Below are positions 1-10,337 of a stretch of DNA of 64,000 nt, in pieces. A program made the translations under genes and the position numbers. This stretch comes from a virus (taxonomy: Duplodnaviria > Caudoviricetes). The DNA lies in IMG/VR virus record IMGVR_UViG_3300032317_000216, positions 64,641 to 128,640 of that record; one strand, written 5' to 3'. Numbering within the stretch: the stretch's first letter is position 1; each line of letters starts with the position of its first letter. The notes beneath the pieces were generated by a model. It was not told where the DNA came from, made no database searches, and saw nothing but the letters and a program-made list of their open reading frames with translations.

Positions 1-7
1 TAATTTT

Positions 8-658
8 ATGATATACGAGAGTACAAAAATTATTGAATTAGGTTCATGTGCATTTAGACAGTGGAGAGCTGATAGTCATTGCAAATTTATACATGGTTAT
101 AGATTAGTAGCTAAGTTCTGGTTTGCATGTGATAGATTGGATGATAAAAATTGGGTTGTAGATTTTGGTGGTCTTAAGAATTTAAAAGAAATACTTGAGA
201 AGCAGTTTGATCATACACTATGCATTGCAGGTGACGACCCTCTGTTGGCGTCTTTTAAGGAATTACATAGAACAGGAGCAGCTGATTTGCGCATCATGGA
301 GAAAGGCGTAGGCATTGAGCGTACAGCAGAGTATTGCTTTGATGTAGCTGATGCATATGTGAGGGGCATTACAAACAACAGATGTTGGGTTGAAAGGGTT
401 GAAGTGTGGGAGCATGATAAAAATTCTGCCATAGTGTCATTTGCAAGTGAATTAATTGCACCTGAAGCACCTGTTGCTGTGCCAAACATAGAGCAAATTA
501 CAGTTACAGGAGCAGGCATTAATATTGAAGTACCTACATCTGCAGGTGGTCAAGTTCAAGCAGTGCCCCTTAAGAGAGAGCTAAGAGCAGCTCCTGTGGG
601 TAACAAAGTTACTTCAGGTCTGAGCAATCCTTTTGCTGGTACAAGCTGGGGCAACTAG
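8..658 (+). CDS. queD: 6-carboxy-5,6,7,8-tetrahydropterin synthase QueD, with low-complexity C-terminal extension
   Basis: SHCKFIHGY metal-binding motif, WVVDFGGLK, FDH and VEVWEH motifs of the PTPS/QueD T-fold; queE lies nearby. Confidence 0.9.
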   Translation: MIYESTKIIELGSCAFRQWRADSHCKFIHGYRLVAKFWFACDRLDDKNWVVDFGGLKNLKEILEKQFDHTLCIAGDDPLLASFKELHRTGAADLRIMEKGVGIERTAEYCFDVADAYVRGITNNRCWVERVEVWEHDKNSAIVSFASELIAPEAPVAVPNIEQITVTGAGINIEVPTSAGGQVQAVPLKRELRAAPVGNKVTSGLSNPFAGTSWGN

Positions 659-861
659 TGGATGTAAATAATCCTGAAGTAAGACAGCAGCTTTATGGTG
701 GTGAAATAGCTGATTATTACCCCTCAAAAGATAAACAAGCATCACCTGAAAAAGACATGAAACAAATGGGTGATATATATCAACAAATTCTCAACAAGAA
801 CAATCCACTCAATCTGCCTGCAACCCTAAAGAACAAAATCTCAATACTCAAATCACTTTGA
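658..861 (+). CDS. hypothetical protein
   Basis: ORF abutting the queD stop codon, GTG start. Confidence 0.5.
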   Translation: MDVNNPEVRQQLYGGEIADYYPSKDKQASPEKDMKQMGDIYQQILNKNNPLNLPATLKNKISILKSL

Positions 862-1593
862 TTTCATACCTGCTATAACCTTAACAATAAACTTTAGCAG
901 CTTGCTTCTTGTAATATCTTCTTCTGTAAAATGAAAGGTATGTATGCCATTACTATTACTATCTTCTGTATCAAATGCGCTCATTATTTTTTCAAATCCT
1001 GACTTCTGAATATCAGATTGCAGAGAATCACCTATAATAAATAACTTACAATTCTTACCAAATCGTGTTAATATGGTAACCAATTCACTGTGCTCTAAAT
1101 TCTGTGCCTCATCAACTATTACTACATTGTTTGTAAATGTCGCACCTCTCAGGAAATTTACAGGTATGCTTTTGAGATAATCACTTTGAAATAACATCTC
1201 TGTAATGTGTTTACCCACAAGTTCATCGCATTTCTCTATAAGCGGAATACTCCATGGTTTGAACTTGTCATCTACTTCACCTGGTAGGCTTCCTAACTTT
1301 CTTGTTGCCGACTCAACAATACTTCTAATATAAACTATTTCATCTATCTTCTTTTCTCTAAGCATAGACAAGGCAACATATACAGCCAGATATGTTTTTG
1401 ATGAACCTGCAGGACCGTCACAGAACATGATTTGTGACTCATCATTCATAGCTTTCTCAACAAAAGCTTTGTGATGCTCATTTAAATGAAACTTCTGATC
1501 AATCTTAAAATTAAGAAATATATCATTTCTTATAATACCATTCTCATCTTTAGCCTTGGCAGCTTTTTTAAGCTGTCTGTCTTTTTTTGACAT
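853..1593 (-). CDS. phoH: PhoH-like ATPase
   Basis: GPAGSSKT Walker A, LGSLPG, FLRGATF, IVDEAQN and IIGDSLQSD motifs. Confidence 0.92.
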   Translation of the reverse strand: MSKKDRQLKKAAKAKDENGIIRNDIFLNFKIDQKFHLNEHHKAFVEKAMNDESQIMFCDGPAGSSKTYLAVYVALSMLREKKIDEIVYIRSIVESATRKLGSLPGEVDDKFKPWSIPLIEKCDELVGKHITEMLFQSDYLKSIPVNFLRGATFTNNVVIVDEAQNLEHSELVTILTRFGKNCKLFIIGDSLQSDIQKSGFEKIMSAFDTEDSNSNGIHTFHFTEEDITRSKLLKFIVKVIAGMKSK

Positions 1594-1640
1594 CTAATAA
1601 TATTTATTGATTTTTGCTATCTTTATAGCATAATAGTGCT

Positions 1641-2378
1641 ATGGAAAAGAGTATATTTCTATCAGACGACAAGGTTTTTCACACTATTGAAGGTGAAGGA
1701 GAACACATTGGTAAGCCTTCACTGTTTATGCGTGTTGCAATGTGTAATCTCACATGCAAGGGGTTTGCTAGCAAAGATTCTCCACATGGGTGTGATAGTT
1801 TTGTCAGCTGGTCAGTGAAAAACAGGTTTACCTTTGACCAGTTATTTCAATACCTAGAAGATCATAATTATATTACTCTGCTGCGCAGAGGTGATATATT
1901 TAAGATCACCGGCGGTGAGCCGCTCATACAGCAAAAAAATCTTCTGGAATTTATTGCAGCTTTTGCACTCAAGTACCGCTTCATACCAAGAATAGACTTT
2001 GAGACTAATGCAACCATTATACCCGACCCATCTTGGCAGCTTGACTACTTAGCTACATTCACAACATCACCCAAGCTTGCAAGTAATGGTGACCCTGAGA
2101 ACAAGCGATACATACCTGATGCATTAATGTGGCATGCACGCAATGGCTCAGGGTTTAAGTTCGTCATTACAAAAGAAGAAGACCTTAAGGAGATTGAAGA
2201 GCGTTACAGAGAGAAGTTTGATTTCAGGAGAAATAAAGTGTGGTTAATGCCTTGTTGTGGAAGCAGAGAGGAACATATTGTTATTGCTCCTCTTGTGGCT
2301 GAATTATGCAAGAAACATGGCTTTAACTTCAGTCCAAGATTGCAGCTTGTTATCTGGGATAAAGCCTTGAAGGTTTAG
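1641..2378 (+). CDS. queE: 7-carboxy-7-deazaguanine synthase QueE (radical SAM)
   Basis: FHTIEGEG..IGKPSLFMR, CNLTC...CDS (long-spaced CxxxC..C), ITGGEP, FETN and FSPRLQ motifs. Confidence 0.9.
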   Translation: MEKSIFLSDDKVFHTIEGEGEHIGKPSLFMRVAMCNLTCKGFASKDSPHGCDSFVSWSVKNRFTFDQLFQYLEDHNYITLLRRGDIFKITGGEPLIQQKNLLEFIAAFALKYRFIPRIDFETNATIIPDPSWQLDYLATFTTSPKLASNGDPENKRYIPDALMWHARNGSGFKFVITKEEDLKEIEERYREKFDFRRNKVWLMPCCGSREEHIVIAPLVAELCKKHGFNFSPRLQLVIWDKALKV

Positions 2379-2399
2379 TATTACTTATTAATTAATGAT

Positions 2400-3134
2400 A
2401 TGAGAATTGCCATAGTAGGATCTGCTTGTCAGGGTAAGACAACTCTTGCAAATGATTTTATCAAAAACTGGCCTGCTTACAAACGGTCCAAAGAAAGCTA
2501 TAGACAATTAATTAAAAAAGACAAAATTAAGATTAACAAAAATGTAGATAGTGATGGTCAGTGGAAAATTCTTAATAGCTTGATTGATGATCTTCAGAAC
2601 ACAGAAAAAACTGATAAGCTTATTTTCGATAGATGCCCACTTGACAATTTAATATACTCCATGTGGAGTTTTGATAAACAGAAATCTGATATAGATAAGG
2701 AATTCATCGACAAATGCATACCTCTTGTGTGTGAGAGTATGCGTCATTTGGATATTATATTTTTTATTCCTATTACTAAGGTGGCTACCGTAAAGATAGA
2801 AGAAAGAGAATTAAGAGAAGTGGACAAATCATTCATTGAGGAGATTGATAACATATTCAAAGCAGTGCAGCGTTCCTATTATACAGGAAAATCACCCTTC
2901 TTTCCCAAGGATGATTCTCCTGCAATAATTGAAGTGTTTGGTTCACCAGAAGAGAGAATTAAAATGATAGAGCTGTATCTTAATAAAGATGGAGAACTAC
3001 ATGGCGAAGAAGAGAGTGTATTAAATCCTGAGAATCTGGATTACATGGAAACATTGCTTAAAGCACAGAAGCAAGCAAAAGAACAAGAAGAAGAAGAAGT
3101 AAGATTGAGAAAAAAATACCTTTTTAATAAATAA
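2400..3134 (+). CDS. P-loop nucleotide kinase-like protein (AAA_28/NadR-like)
   Basis: GSACQGKTT Walker A and FDRCPLD motif. Confidence 0.75.
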   Translation: MRIAIVGSACQGKTTLANDFIKNWPAYKRSKESYRQLIKKDKIKINKNVDSDGQWKILNSLIDDLQNTEKTDKLIFDRCPLDNLIYSMWSFDKQKSDIDKEFIDKCIPLVCESMRHLDIIFFIPITKVATVKIEERELREVDKSFIEEIDNIFKAVQRSYYTGKSPFFPKDDSPAIIEVFGSPEERIKMIELYLNKDGELHGEEESVLNPENLDYMETLLKAQKQAKEQEEEEVRLRKKYLFNK

Positions 3135-3138
3135 TTAA

Positions 3139-3351
3139 GTGAACAAATTTAATGAGAAGTTTGAATCTCTTGCTGAGAGCTTCAAATCTATTAAACATGT
3201 AAAACGTGAGTTTTATCCTAAAAACTTTAACTTATCTGAAGACTTTGTCAATGCTTTTAGGAGAGAGTACAAGAGACTGATTGATGAAGGCATTGAGCCT
3301 AAAAAAGCATTAATAAAGCTTAATAAAGCTTTATTGTTTCATACTAGTTAA
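3139..3351 (+). CDS. small late protein
   Basis: TAAATA motif immediately upstream; N-terminus MNKFNEKFESLAE. Confidence 0.55.
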   Translation: MNKFNEKFESLAESFKSIKHVKREFYPKNFNLSEDFVNAFRREYKRLIDEGIEPKKALIKLNKALLFHTS

Positions 3352-4094
3352 TTATAAAAAAAGAGCAACCTTACTCCTACAAATGTACTTACAGTTCTTG
3401 AATTTACATCTGCAAGACGTACATTCACTAATATAAAATCATCACCATTGCCTGAACCAGGATTATAGGAAAAATTGCCCAAGGCAGGTGCAACACTTGA
3501 AGTTGCAAATCCATTCCGTGCAAAAGGTGTTAGTGTGAAGAAAGAGGCATAATTTACATTATTTCCTATCAAGCTTCCTACGCTAAGTCCATTTGAAGCA
3601 CGAGGAAATTGACCTATGTTAATAACCGAGGAATCTATTTGATCAGCTGTAATTTCTGCAATACCATTATATTCATAAACTTTTTTATAATCCTGAGAGG
3701 AATTACCAGAAAGACTGTTGTATAAATTGCGCAATTCTATATATTCTGGTGAACCTATAACATAATCAGATGATACAATAATACCATTTGTTGTTTGAAG
3801 TATGTTTTGATATGCATTACTTTTTGTAACACCTTGTTGATTATTTGAATATATCACACCAGCTCTAAGTACTCCTGTGCGCACATTACCATAAATTGCA
3901 TTATTACCTGATATATCCCCCACTACCGTTGCATTGCCAGCTACATCTGTACGCACCACATTAAAATTGTTAAACTGTATGGTTTGTGTGCCATTCTGTG
4001 TTTCAAGTATTAATAGATCTAAGTCTGAAGCTAGCTGTGCTTGTGGGAGATCCGCTATATTCAAACCATTACTATTTGTAGGTGTTGTGGCCAT
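3348..4094 (-). CDS. putative virion structural/fibre-associated protein
   Basis: N-terminal 'NIADLPQA...DLLIL...TQTI' pattern typical of phage fibre proteins; Asn/Gly/Ser-rich; TATAAATA upstream on the minus strand. Confidence 0.5.
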   Translation of the reverse strand: MATTPTNSNGLNIADLPQAQLASDLDLLILETQNGTQTIQFNNFNVVRTDVAGNATVVGDISGNNAIYGNVRTGVLRAGVIYSNNQQGVTKSNAYQNILQTTNGIIVSSDYVIGSPEYIELRNLYNSLSGNSSQDYKKVYEYNGIAEITADQIDSSVINIGQFPRASNGLSVGSLIGNNVNYASFFTLTPFARNGFATSSVAPALGNFSYNPGSGNGDDFILVNVRLADVNSRTVSTFVGVRLLFFYN

Positions 4095-4143
4095 CGATAT
4101 TATTTATACTTGAATATTGGAAATAATATGTATAAATAAAAAC

Positions 4144-4656
4144 ATGAAACATTTTTTAATAGAAGAAGAAACACCTATCATACATTGGCCTGATATTAAT
4201 ATACAGTCTAAGCGAGTGCTTGATTTAGGCTGTGGCCGCTGGACAGCAAGTACTCTTGAAGGTACAACACCATATTATTTCTTAAATCGAGGTGCTGAAT
4301 TTGTTGTAGGTATTGATGCATGTGATAAAGAGATACAATTTTATAAAGATTTGAATCTTCCTAATACTCTCTTCAAAGTATTGAAACTTGAAGACAAAAA
4401 TACATTTCTTGAATTAATTAATACTCATAATATTAATGTAATAAAAAGTGACATAGAGGGCAATGAGTCTTTATTTCTCGACCTAAAAAAAGAAGATATG
4501 GTCAATATCGAGAGCTTTTATATTGAATATCACGGAGATCACATGAGAGACCTGTTAGTAGCTAAATTACCAGAACTTGGATTTAATGTTACGAGAGTGG
4601 GTAAAATGTGGATTGATGGATTTGGTGTTGTTTTTGCAGAAAAAAATCTATCGTAA
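4144..4656 (+). CDS. SAM-dependent methyltransferase (FkbM-like)
   Basis: VLDLGCG, KSDIEGNE and IEYH motifs; start placed after TATAAATA at 4131-4138. Confidence 0.75.
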   Translation: MKHFLIEEETPIIHWPDINIQSKRVLDLGCGRWTASTLEGTTPYYFLNRGAEFVVGIDACDKEIQFYKDLNLPNTLFKVLKLEDKNTFLELINTHNINVIKSDIEGNESLFLDLKKEDMVNIESFYIEYHGDHMRDLLVAKLPELGFNVTRVGKMWIDGFGVVFAEKNLS

Positions 4657-4711
4657 CTACTTCTTTTTTAATTAATTGCTATTAATATTTCATATGCTAT
4701 AATAAGCATAT

Positions 4712-5566
4712 ATGCCTAAAATAGGAGTTGGTATAGTTACATGTGATAGGTTTAACTATCTCGAGAAATGTCTTTTATCTCTTCCAGACTTCGACGGGCC
4801 CATAGTTATTGTTAATGATGGTAAACAGAATATAGAGGCAGAAATTAAAAAACTACACTCTAGAGAAAAAATTCACTTAATACAGCATGCTGTAAATAAA
4901 GGTGTAGGTATAAGCAAAAATGATGCTCTTACATATCTCTTGAGTCAAGATGTTGAACATCTCTTTCTCCTTGAAGACGATATAATTATTCTCGACAAAA
5001 CAATTTTTCAGAAGTATATTGATGCATCAGTAGTATCAGGTATAAAGCATTTTAACTACGGTCCTGGTAGCCCTTTTAATAGAAAGCAAGATCCTAGCAC
5101 ATTTTACGATCTGCATAATAGGCATCTTTGCAATCAACACTCTGAACCTAATCCAAAAAAAATCATTGACTATGGTAATGATATCAAGATATCTCTCTTT
5201 GAACACACAGTGGCAATGTTCTCATATTTTCATCGCAAGGTATTAGAGGATGTTGGTCTCCATGATGAACAGTTTTACAATGCATGGGAACACGTTGATC
5301 TTACATATAGAATTATTAAAGCAGGGTATCATCCACCGTTTTGGTGGTTTGCAGATATATTTGATTCTCATAAATTTCTTACAGAAGCACCTGATGCTAT
5401 CAATAATAGTAGCATTGCAGATAAAAAAGAACAATGGAGTAAAAATGTTTATGGTGGTAGAGAAAAATATAAAGTAAAGCATGGTCATTACCCCAATCAA
5501 CCCCCCTTCACCTCAGAACAACAAGTCATTGATACACTTAAAAAACTTAAGAAACAATCAAAATGA
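4712..5566 (+). CDS. glycosyltransferase family 2
   Basis: IVTCDR, VNDG, GVGISKN, LLEDD, and DEQFYNAWEHVD motifs. Confidence 0.85.
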   Translation: MPKIGVGIVTCDRFNYLEKCLLSLPDFDGPIVIVNDGKQNIEAEIKKLHSREKIHLIQHAVNKGVGISKNDALTYLLSQDVEHLFLLEDDIIILDKTIFQKYIDASVVSGIKHFNYGPGSPFNRKQDPSTFYDLHNRHLCNQHSEPNPKKIIDYGNDIKISLFEHTVAMFSYFHRKVLEDVGLHDEQFYNAWEHVDLTYRIIKAGYHPPFWWFADIFDSHKFLTEAPDAINNSSIADKKEQWSKNVYGGREKYKVKHGHYPNQPPFTSEQQVIDTLKKLKKQSK

Positions 5567-6162
5567 ACACAATTTCAGTTTTTCTCACAACTATCGGCAA
5601 GCCAACACTAGCCAACATGCTCAAGAGTTTAATTAATGAACTTGAAGCTAACGACTTTCTTTATATAGCTATAGATGGTAAAGAATACTACGATCAAGCC
5701 AATAAGCAAATTACCCAGTACATTAATGACTTTAAGTGTAATATAACAGTTTTTTATATAGAAAAAAATCTTGGTTATTGGGGCCATGGTTGCAGAAATT
5801 TCTACCAAAAAAATCTTAAGGGAGATTTTATTCTGCATGGTGATGATGATGATGTATATATAAGAGGTTCTTTTAAAAAGATAAGAGAGGCTATAGATGT
5901 TTCTGATAAACAATCAATTATATTTTTCAGAATTATTGGTGATTATAGACATGATGACTTTGTATGGAAAGACCCTTCTCTTAGACACGGAAACATCGGT
6001 ACACCCTGTGGTTTAATTCCTAATATTCCCGACAAGATGGGCAATTGGGAATGCAGATATGGTGGTGATTTTTCTTTTTATACATCTTGCAAATTCAATC
6101 ATATATTCTGTGAAGAAAAAATATATGTCGTTAATCCATTAGGGACAAACTATCCACTATGA
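5563..6162 (+). CDS. glycosyltransferase, GT-A fold (GT2-like)
   Basis: TTIGKPTL, WGHGCRN, GDDDD and YGGDF motifs. Confidence 0.8.
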   Translation: MNTISVFLTTIGKPTLANMLKSLINELEANDFLYIAIDGKEYYDQANKQITQYINDFKCNITVFYIEKNLGYWGHGCRNFYQKNLKGDFILHGDDDDVYIRGSFKKIREAIDVSDKQSIIFFRIIGDYRHDDFVWKDPSLRHGNIGTPCGLIPNIPDKMGNWECRYGGDFSFYTSCKFNHIFCEEKIYVVNPLGTNYPL

Positions 6163-6794
6163 CTGTAATAATTTTATCAAATACAAAAAATCCTTCATAC
6201 TACTACATGCTTAAAGAATGTATTGATTCTATTCGTCTTTCAAAATGTATTAAAAAGATAATTGTAGTGGAAACAAATTGTAAATTGAAGAACAAGCATA
6301 TTGATTTGAATGCTGAATTTTTATTTCCTTGTATTGACTTTAATTATAACAAGTTTTTAAATGTCGCGTTTGAACATATTGATAATAAAGAGGACAAACT
6401 AGCTATCTCCAATAATGACGTTATTTATGAACCTGGATGTTTTGATGAACTTGATAGAGCACTTTTAACCTATGATTCTGTTAGCCCCACAACAAGACAG
6501 ATTATAGCAAAGGACAAGTTTACAGAAGGATATGATATAGAGAAAATAGTCATGGGCTGGTGCATAGCTATGAATAGATTTGTTCAAAAGAAAATTGGCT
6601 TATTTGATGAAAAATTTTCTTTTTGGTATCAGGATAATGACTATGCCAATACTTTAAAAAAATTAAACCTTAAACATGCAAGAGTTAACAGTGCTTACGC
6701 TCTTCATAAATACCAACAGAGCCATAAACTTTTAGAAAATAGTTACGCATATACGCATGGATTGTCTGAGTTGTTTAATGAAAAATGGGGGTAA
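6159..6794 (+). CDS. glycosyltransferase family 2
   Basis: FNYNKFLN, SNNDV and GLFDEKFSFWYQDND motifs. Confidence 0.82.
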   Translation: MTVIILSNTKNPSYYYMLKECIDSIRLSKCIKKIIVVETNCKLKNKHIDLNAEFLFPCIDFNYNKFLNVAFEHIDNKEDKLAISNNDVIYEPGCFDELDRALLTYDSVSPTTRQIIAKDKFTEGYDIEKIVMGWCIAMNRFVQKKIGLFDEKFSFWYQDNDYANTLKKLNLKHARVNSAYALHKYQQSHKLLENSYAYTHGLSELFNEKWG

Positions 6795-6802
6795 ATAATT
6801 TT

Positions 6803-7390
6803 ATGATAGATAATAATAGAGAAGTGCAAGAATGTAATATTAATAAATGGAATGGTTATTATGTGAATTTACCTGATGGTCCATCTGCATTTCTCTACGG
6901 TGACACTGTAACATATGAAAAAGCTGCCTCTTTTTTACACGATTGTAAGACAGTTGAAGACTGGGGATGTGGCGGTGGCGGGTTTTTGAGATTTAGGAAA
7001 GACGCTATAGGGGTAGATGGCAGTGATACTAAGTTTGCTATTAAAAAATTTATTGATCTTAAAACTTATAGTTCAGATTGTGATGGTATACACATGAGAC
7101 ATGTTCTTGAACATAATTATGCGTGGAAAAACATTCTTAAAAATGCATTAAATAGTGCTAAAGAAAAACTTGTTATAACATTCTTTATACCTGTTAATGA
7201 TAAAGGGGTGACTGTGGAAATCTCACATAACAAGCCATTAGGCGTAGATGTACCTGACTTATCTATATCTGAAGAAGAGTTTCTTAATGTCCTAAGAGAA
7301 CATAGACCTAAAATATCAAAAGTTGAAACATTAACACTCTCCTCTAACACACAATACGGGAAAGAACAAATATTCTATATAACAAAATAA
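6803..7390 (+). CDS. class I SAM-dependent methyltransferase
   Basis: VEDWGCGGG, GVDGS and RHVLEH motifs. Confidence 0.75.
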   Translation: MIDNNREVQECNINKWNGYYVNLPDGPSAFLYGDTVTYEKAASFLHDCKTVEDWGCGGGGFLRFRKDAIGVDGSDTKFAIKKFIDLKTYSSDCDGIHMRHVLEHNYAWKNILKNALNSAKEKLVITFFIPVNDKGVTVEISHNKPLGVDVPDLSISEEEFLNVLREHRPKISKVETLTLSSNTQYGKEQIFYITK

Positions 7391-7405
7391 CTATTTGTTT
7401 TAATT

Positions 7406-8056
7406 ATGACTCGTACAGAAAAATATAATTTTAAAATACAAAAAAATCAACACAAAGTTGATGTGCCGCTAACATGGGAAGATTCAAGTGAAAAAAATAC
7501 ACTTGATCTATTTGAAGCTTGTTGCTTAAACTTAAAAAACCGCAACTATAATCAATACTCCATGATTGAGCTTGGTTCTAACTGGTGTTACTATTCGCTT
7601 CTCTTTAAGCATATTCTCGGAAAAGAAAAAACACTTAACATCATGGTTGAACCCATAGAAGATAGTCTTCAACTCGGCAGAGATCATTTTGCGCTCAATA
7701 ATTGTGAAGGTATTTTCTATCAAAAAGGCATTACTGATACAATGGAGTATTACGGCAAACAAATAAAATTAGACTCTATATCTCTTGATAAAATTTTAAA
7801 GCAAAATACGATAACATGTACTGATATTTTGCATGCAGATATAGATAGTTGCGAGGTTACTTTAATAGAAAAAAATATAGAGTTTTTTCAAGAAGGAAAA
7901 GCAAAAAATATCTTTATTCTCACTCACGGTGATTATTATGCAAATACATGTAAAGAATATTTCAAACAATTCCCATATAATCTTGTTGCAGAATATCCCT
8001 ACGGTACACAATGTGGTGATGGGCTGTTAGTATATAAGCTGTCAACAAATAATTAA
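7406..8056 (+). CDS. FkbM-like methyltransferase
   Basis: MIELGS, MVEP, LHADID and FILTH motifs. Confidence 0.7.
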   Translation: MTRTEKYNFKIQKNQHKVDVPLTWEDSSEKNTLDLFEACCLNLKNRNYNQYSMIELGSNWCYYSLLFKHILGKEKTLNIMVEPIEDSLQLGRDHFALNNCEGIFYQKGITDTMEYYGKQIKLDSISLDKILKQNTITCTDILHADIDSCEVTLIEKNIEFFQEGKAKNIFILTHGDYYANTCKEYFKQFPYNLVAEYPYGTQCGDGLLVYKLSTNN

Positions 8057-8057
8057 A

Positions 8058-8792
8058 ATGAAAATTGCATTAATGTGCCCTACTAGAAATAGACTTAATA
8101 AGTTGCTCACACTTATTTCTAGTCTTGTTACTACTATAAAGAGCAAAGATGTTTTTCTTGTTTTGGGTGTTGATGAAGATGATCCTGCGAAGAATTACTA
8201 TTCCTACTTGAGTAACAATATTCCATTTATCAAGACAATTGTCTTTAAAAATGAAGGCAAATTTCTCGGGTTATCAACTATGTGGAATAGTATGGTTAAG
8301 CAAATAGATTCAGATATTTACGCTATGATAGGTGATGATATGATGTTTATGACGCCTGACTGGGATGAACAAATTATTAAAGAATTTAAAAATGGACCAA
8401 AAGATAAAATTATGATGCTTCATTGCAATGACGGCATGAGAGGACCAGGTAACAAATATGCCAATGTACCACCTCTTTGTGTTAATTTTTTCATTCATAA
8501 AAACTATATAAACACAGCTGGCTACTTTGTTGAGCCTTACATGGAAAATACACATCATGATACATGGCCTCAGATTATCTTTGATAAATTACAGAGAACA
8601 GTCTACCGACATGATGTCTTGATAAAACACTTACACTATAGTGAAACAACAGGTAAAATGGATAATATAAGTAATAACCTTGAAACACTAAGAACTAATA
8701 TTTGGAATAATGATAGTTGGATTCAAAAATATAAAAATGAAATGGATGAAGAATATATAAAATTAAAAACTTATATTGAAAACTTTAAATGA
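8058..8792 (+). CDS. glycosyltransferase, GT-A fold (GT2-like)
   Basis: CPTRNR, GVDEDD, IGDD and HLHY motifs. Confidence 0.8.
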   Translation: MKIALMCPTRNRLNKLLTLISSLVTTIKSKDVFLVLGVDEDDPAKNYYSYLSNNIPFIKTIVFKNEGKFLGLSTMWNSMVKQIDSDIYAMIGDDMMFMTPDWDEQIIKEFKNGPKDKIMMLHCNDGMRGPGNKYANVPPLCVNFFIHKNYINTAGYFVEPYMENTHHDTWPQIIFDKLQRTVYRHDVLIKHLHYSETTGKMDNISNNLETLRTNIWNNDSWIQKYKNEMDEEYIKLKTYIENFK

Positions 8793-9448
8793 AAATTTAT
8801 ACACATTATAGTGACAGTCACAAGAGTGTGTATGATAACTTCAAACACACTTTAAGAAATATATATTCTGTAGAACAAGCAGCAATTAGAGTATTATATC
8901 ATCCTCAGACAACAAAGAACGGGGCTTTTATGACCCAAGGATGGCTCGATTCAATGGAATATAAGCTTAATTTAATAATAGATGCAATAAATGAAAACAA
9001 AGATAGTTGGTTTGTTTTTGCAGATTGTGATATACAATTCTTTAACCCATTCCTAAATGATCTTGAGAACAATCTTCAAAATGCAGATATTGCCTGTCAA
9101 GAAGACAGAGGAAGCTTATGCGCAGGTTTTTTTGCTTGTCAGGGTAATTTAAAAGCTGCTAATCTTTTTGAAACAATAAAAAAGAATTTTAGACGCTTAG
9201 TAAACGATCAAGTAGCACTCAACGATCTCAAACATCTCGCTACCTGTAAGATGTTAGATAATAAAAAATATTATACTATTGGAAATTTTTTTAATAATAA
9301 TGATGGTACATATAATTGGGACAATAATACCAATATAATACCCCCAAAAGAAATGCTTGTTCATCATGCCAACTATGTGGTTGGTGTAGAGAATAAGCAA
9401 AAACTTCTTAAGATGATTAAGCATAACTATGAAAATTTGGTTCGATAA
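8789..9448 (+). CDS. nucleotide-diphospho-sugar transferase (GT77-like)
   Basis: FADCDI, CAGFF, NDQVALN and HHANY motifs. Confidence 0.78.
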   Translation: MKIYTHYSDSHKSVYDNFKHTLRNIYSVEQAAIRVLYHPQTTKNGAFMTQGWLDSMEYKLNLIIDAINENKDSWFVFADCDIQFFNPFLNDLENNLQNADIACQEDRGSLCAGFFACQGNLKAANLFETIKKNFRRLVNDQVALNDLKHLATCKMLDNKKYYTIGNFFNNNDGTYNWDNNTNIIPPKEMLVHHANYVVGVENKQKLLKMIKHNYENLVR

Positions 9449-10337
9449 AGATAAAACTAATTTTAAAAAATTTACTTCAGAGCAATTTTTGCTTCTACCT
9501 CTGTTTAGAGATGAAGTAATTAACAAAGATAATGATTTTAAGTATAACAATCAATGGAAAGAGTCTATTGGCAAGCTTGTAAGCCTTACATCAAAAGAAG
9601 ATTGCGATGTTTTTTTATTTCCTGAAAAATTAAATGAAAAAATAAATGAATATATAATTGAATCAAAAAAATATAATAAAAAAATAATAGCTTTTTTTAA
9701 TGATGATTATGACAAGCCCTCTTGCTTAGATAATAATGTAATTTTATATAGAACATCTCTTTTTAAATCAAAACAAAAAAACAATGAATATGCAATGCCA
9801 GCCTGGAGTCAAGATTTTACTGACGTAATACCGTTTAAACCAAGAGTAAAAAAAGATATACCCACAGTTAGTTTTTGTGGTTTTTTTTCAGACCCTATAA
9901 GAAGCAAGAGTATTGAGATTTTAAATAAAAATAAAAATATAGAAACTAATTTTATAATTAGAGAAGCTTTCTGGGGTGGTAATCCCCATAATACTTCTAT
10001 AAGAAATGAGTATATTAATAACATAATAAATTCAGATCTCGTCCTATGTACAAGAGGTGCTGGTAATTTTTCTTATAGGCTCTATGAAGCATTATCATGC
10101 GGAAGAATTCCTATTTTTATAGATACTGACTGTGCTTTGCCTTGCGAAGATAAAATAAATTGGAAAGATCTCTGTATTTTTATTGAGGATATTAACAATC
10201 TTAACACACATATTAATAACTTTTGGCAAAACATTACACCAAGCGAGTATACAGACAGACAAATACATGCAAGACAAGCATATGAAGAATTCCTGTCTCC
10301 TAATGGATTTGCCAAATATGTAAGCTATAATATCTAA
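9429..10337 (+). CDS. exostosin-family (GT47-like) glycosyltransferase
   Basis: SFCG and LVLCTRGAGNFSYRLYEALSCGRIPI motif. Confidence 0.85.
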   Translation: MKIWFDKDKTNFKKFTSEQFLLLPLFRDEVINKDNDFKYNNQWKESIGKLVSLTSKEDCDVFLFPEKLNEKINEYIIESKKYNKKIIAFFNDDYDKPSCLDNNVILYRTSLFKSKQKNNEYAMPAWSQDFTDVIPFKPRVKKDIPTVSFCGFFSDPIRSKSIEILNKNKNIETNFIIREAFWGGNPHNTSIRNEYINNIINSDLVLCTRGAGNFSYRLYEALSCGRIPIFIDTDCALPCEDKINWKDLCIFIEDINNLNTHINNFWQNITPSEYTDRQIHARQAYEEFLSPNGFAKYVSYNI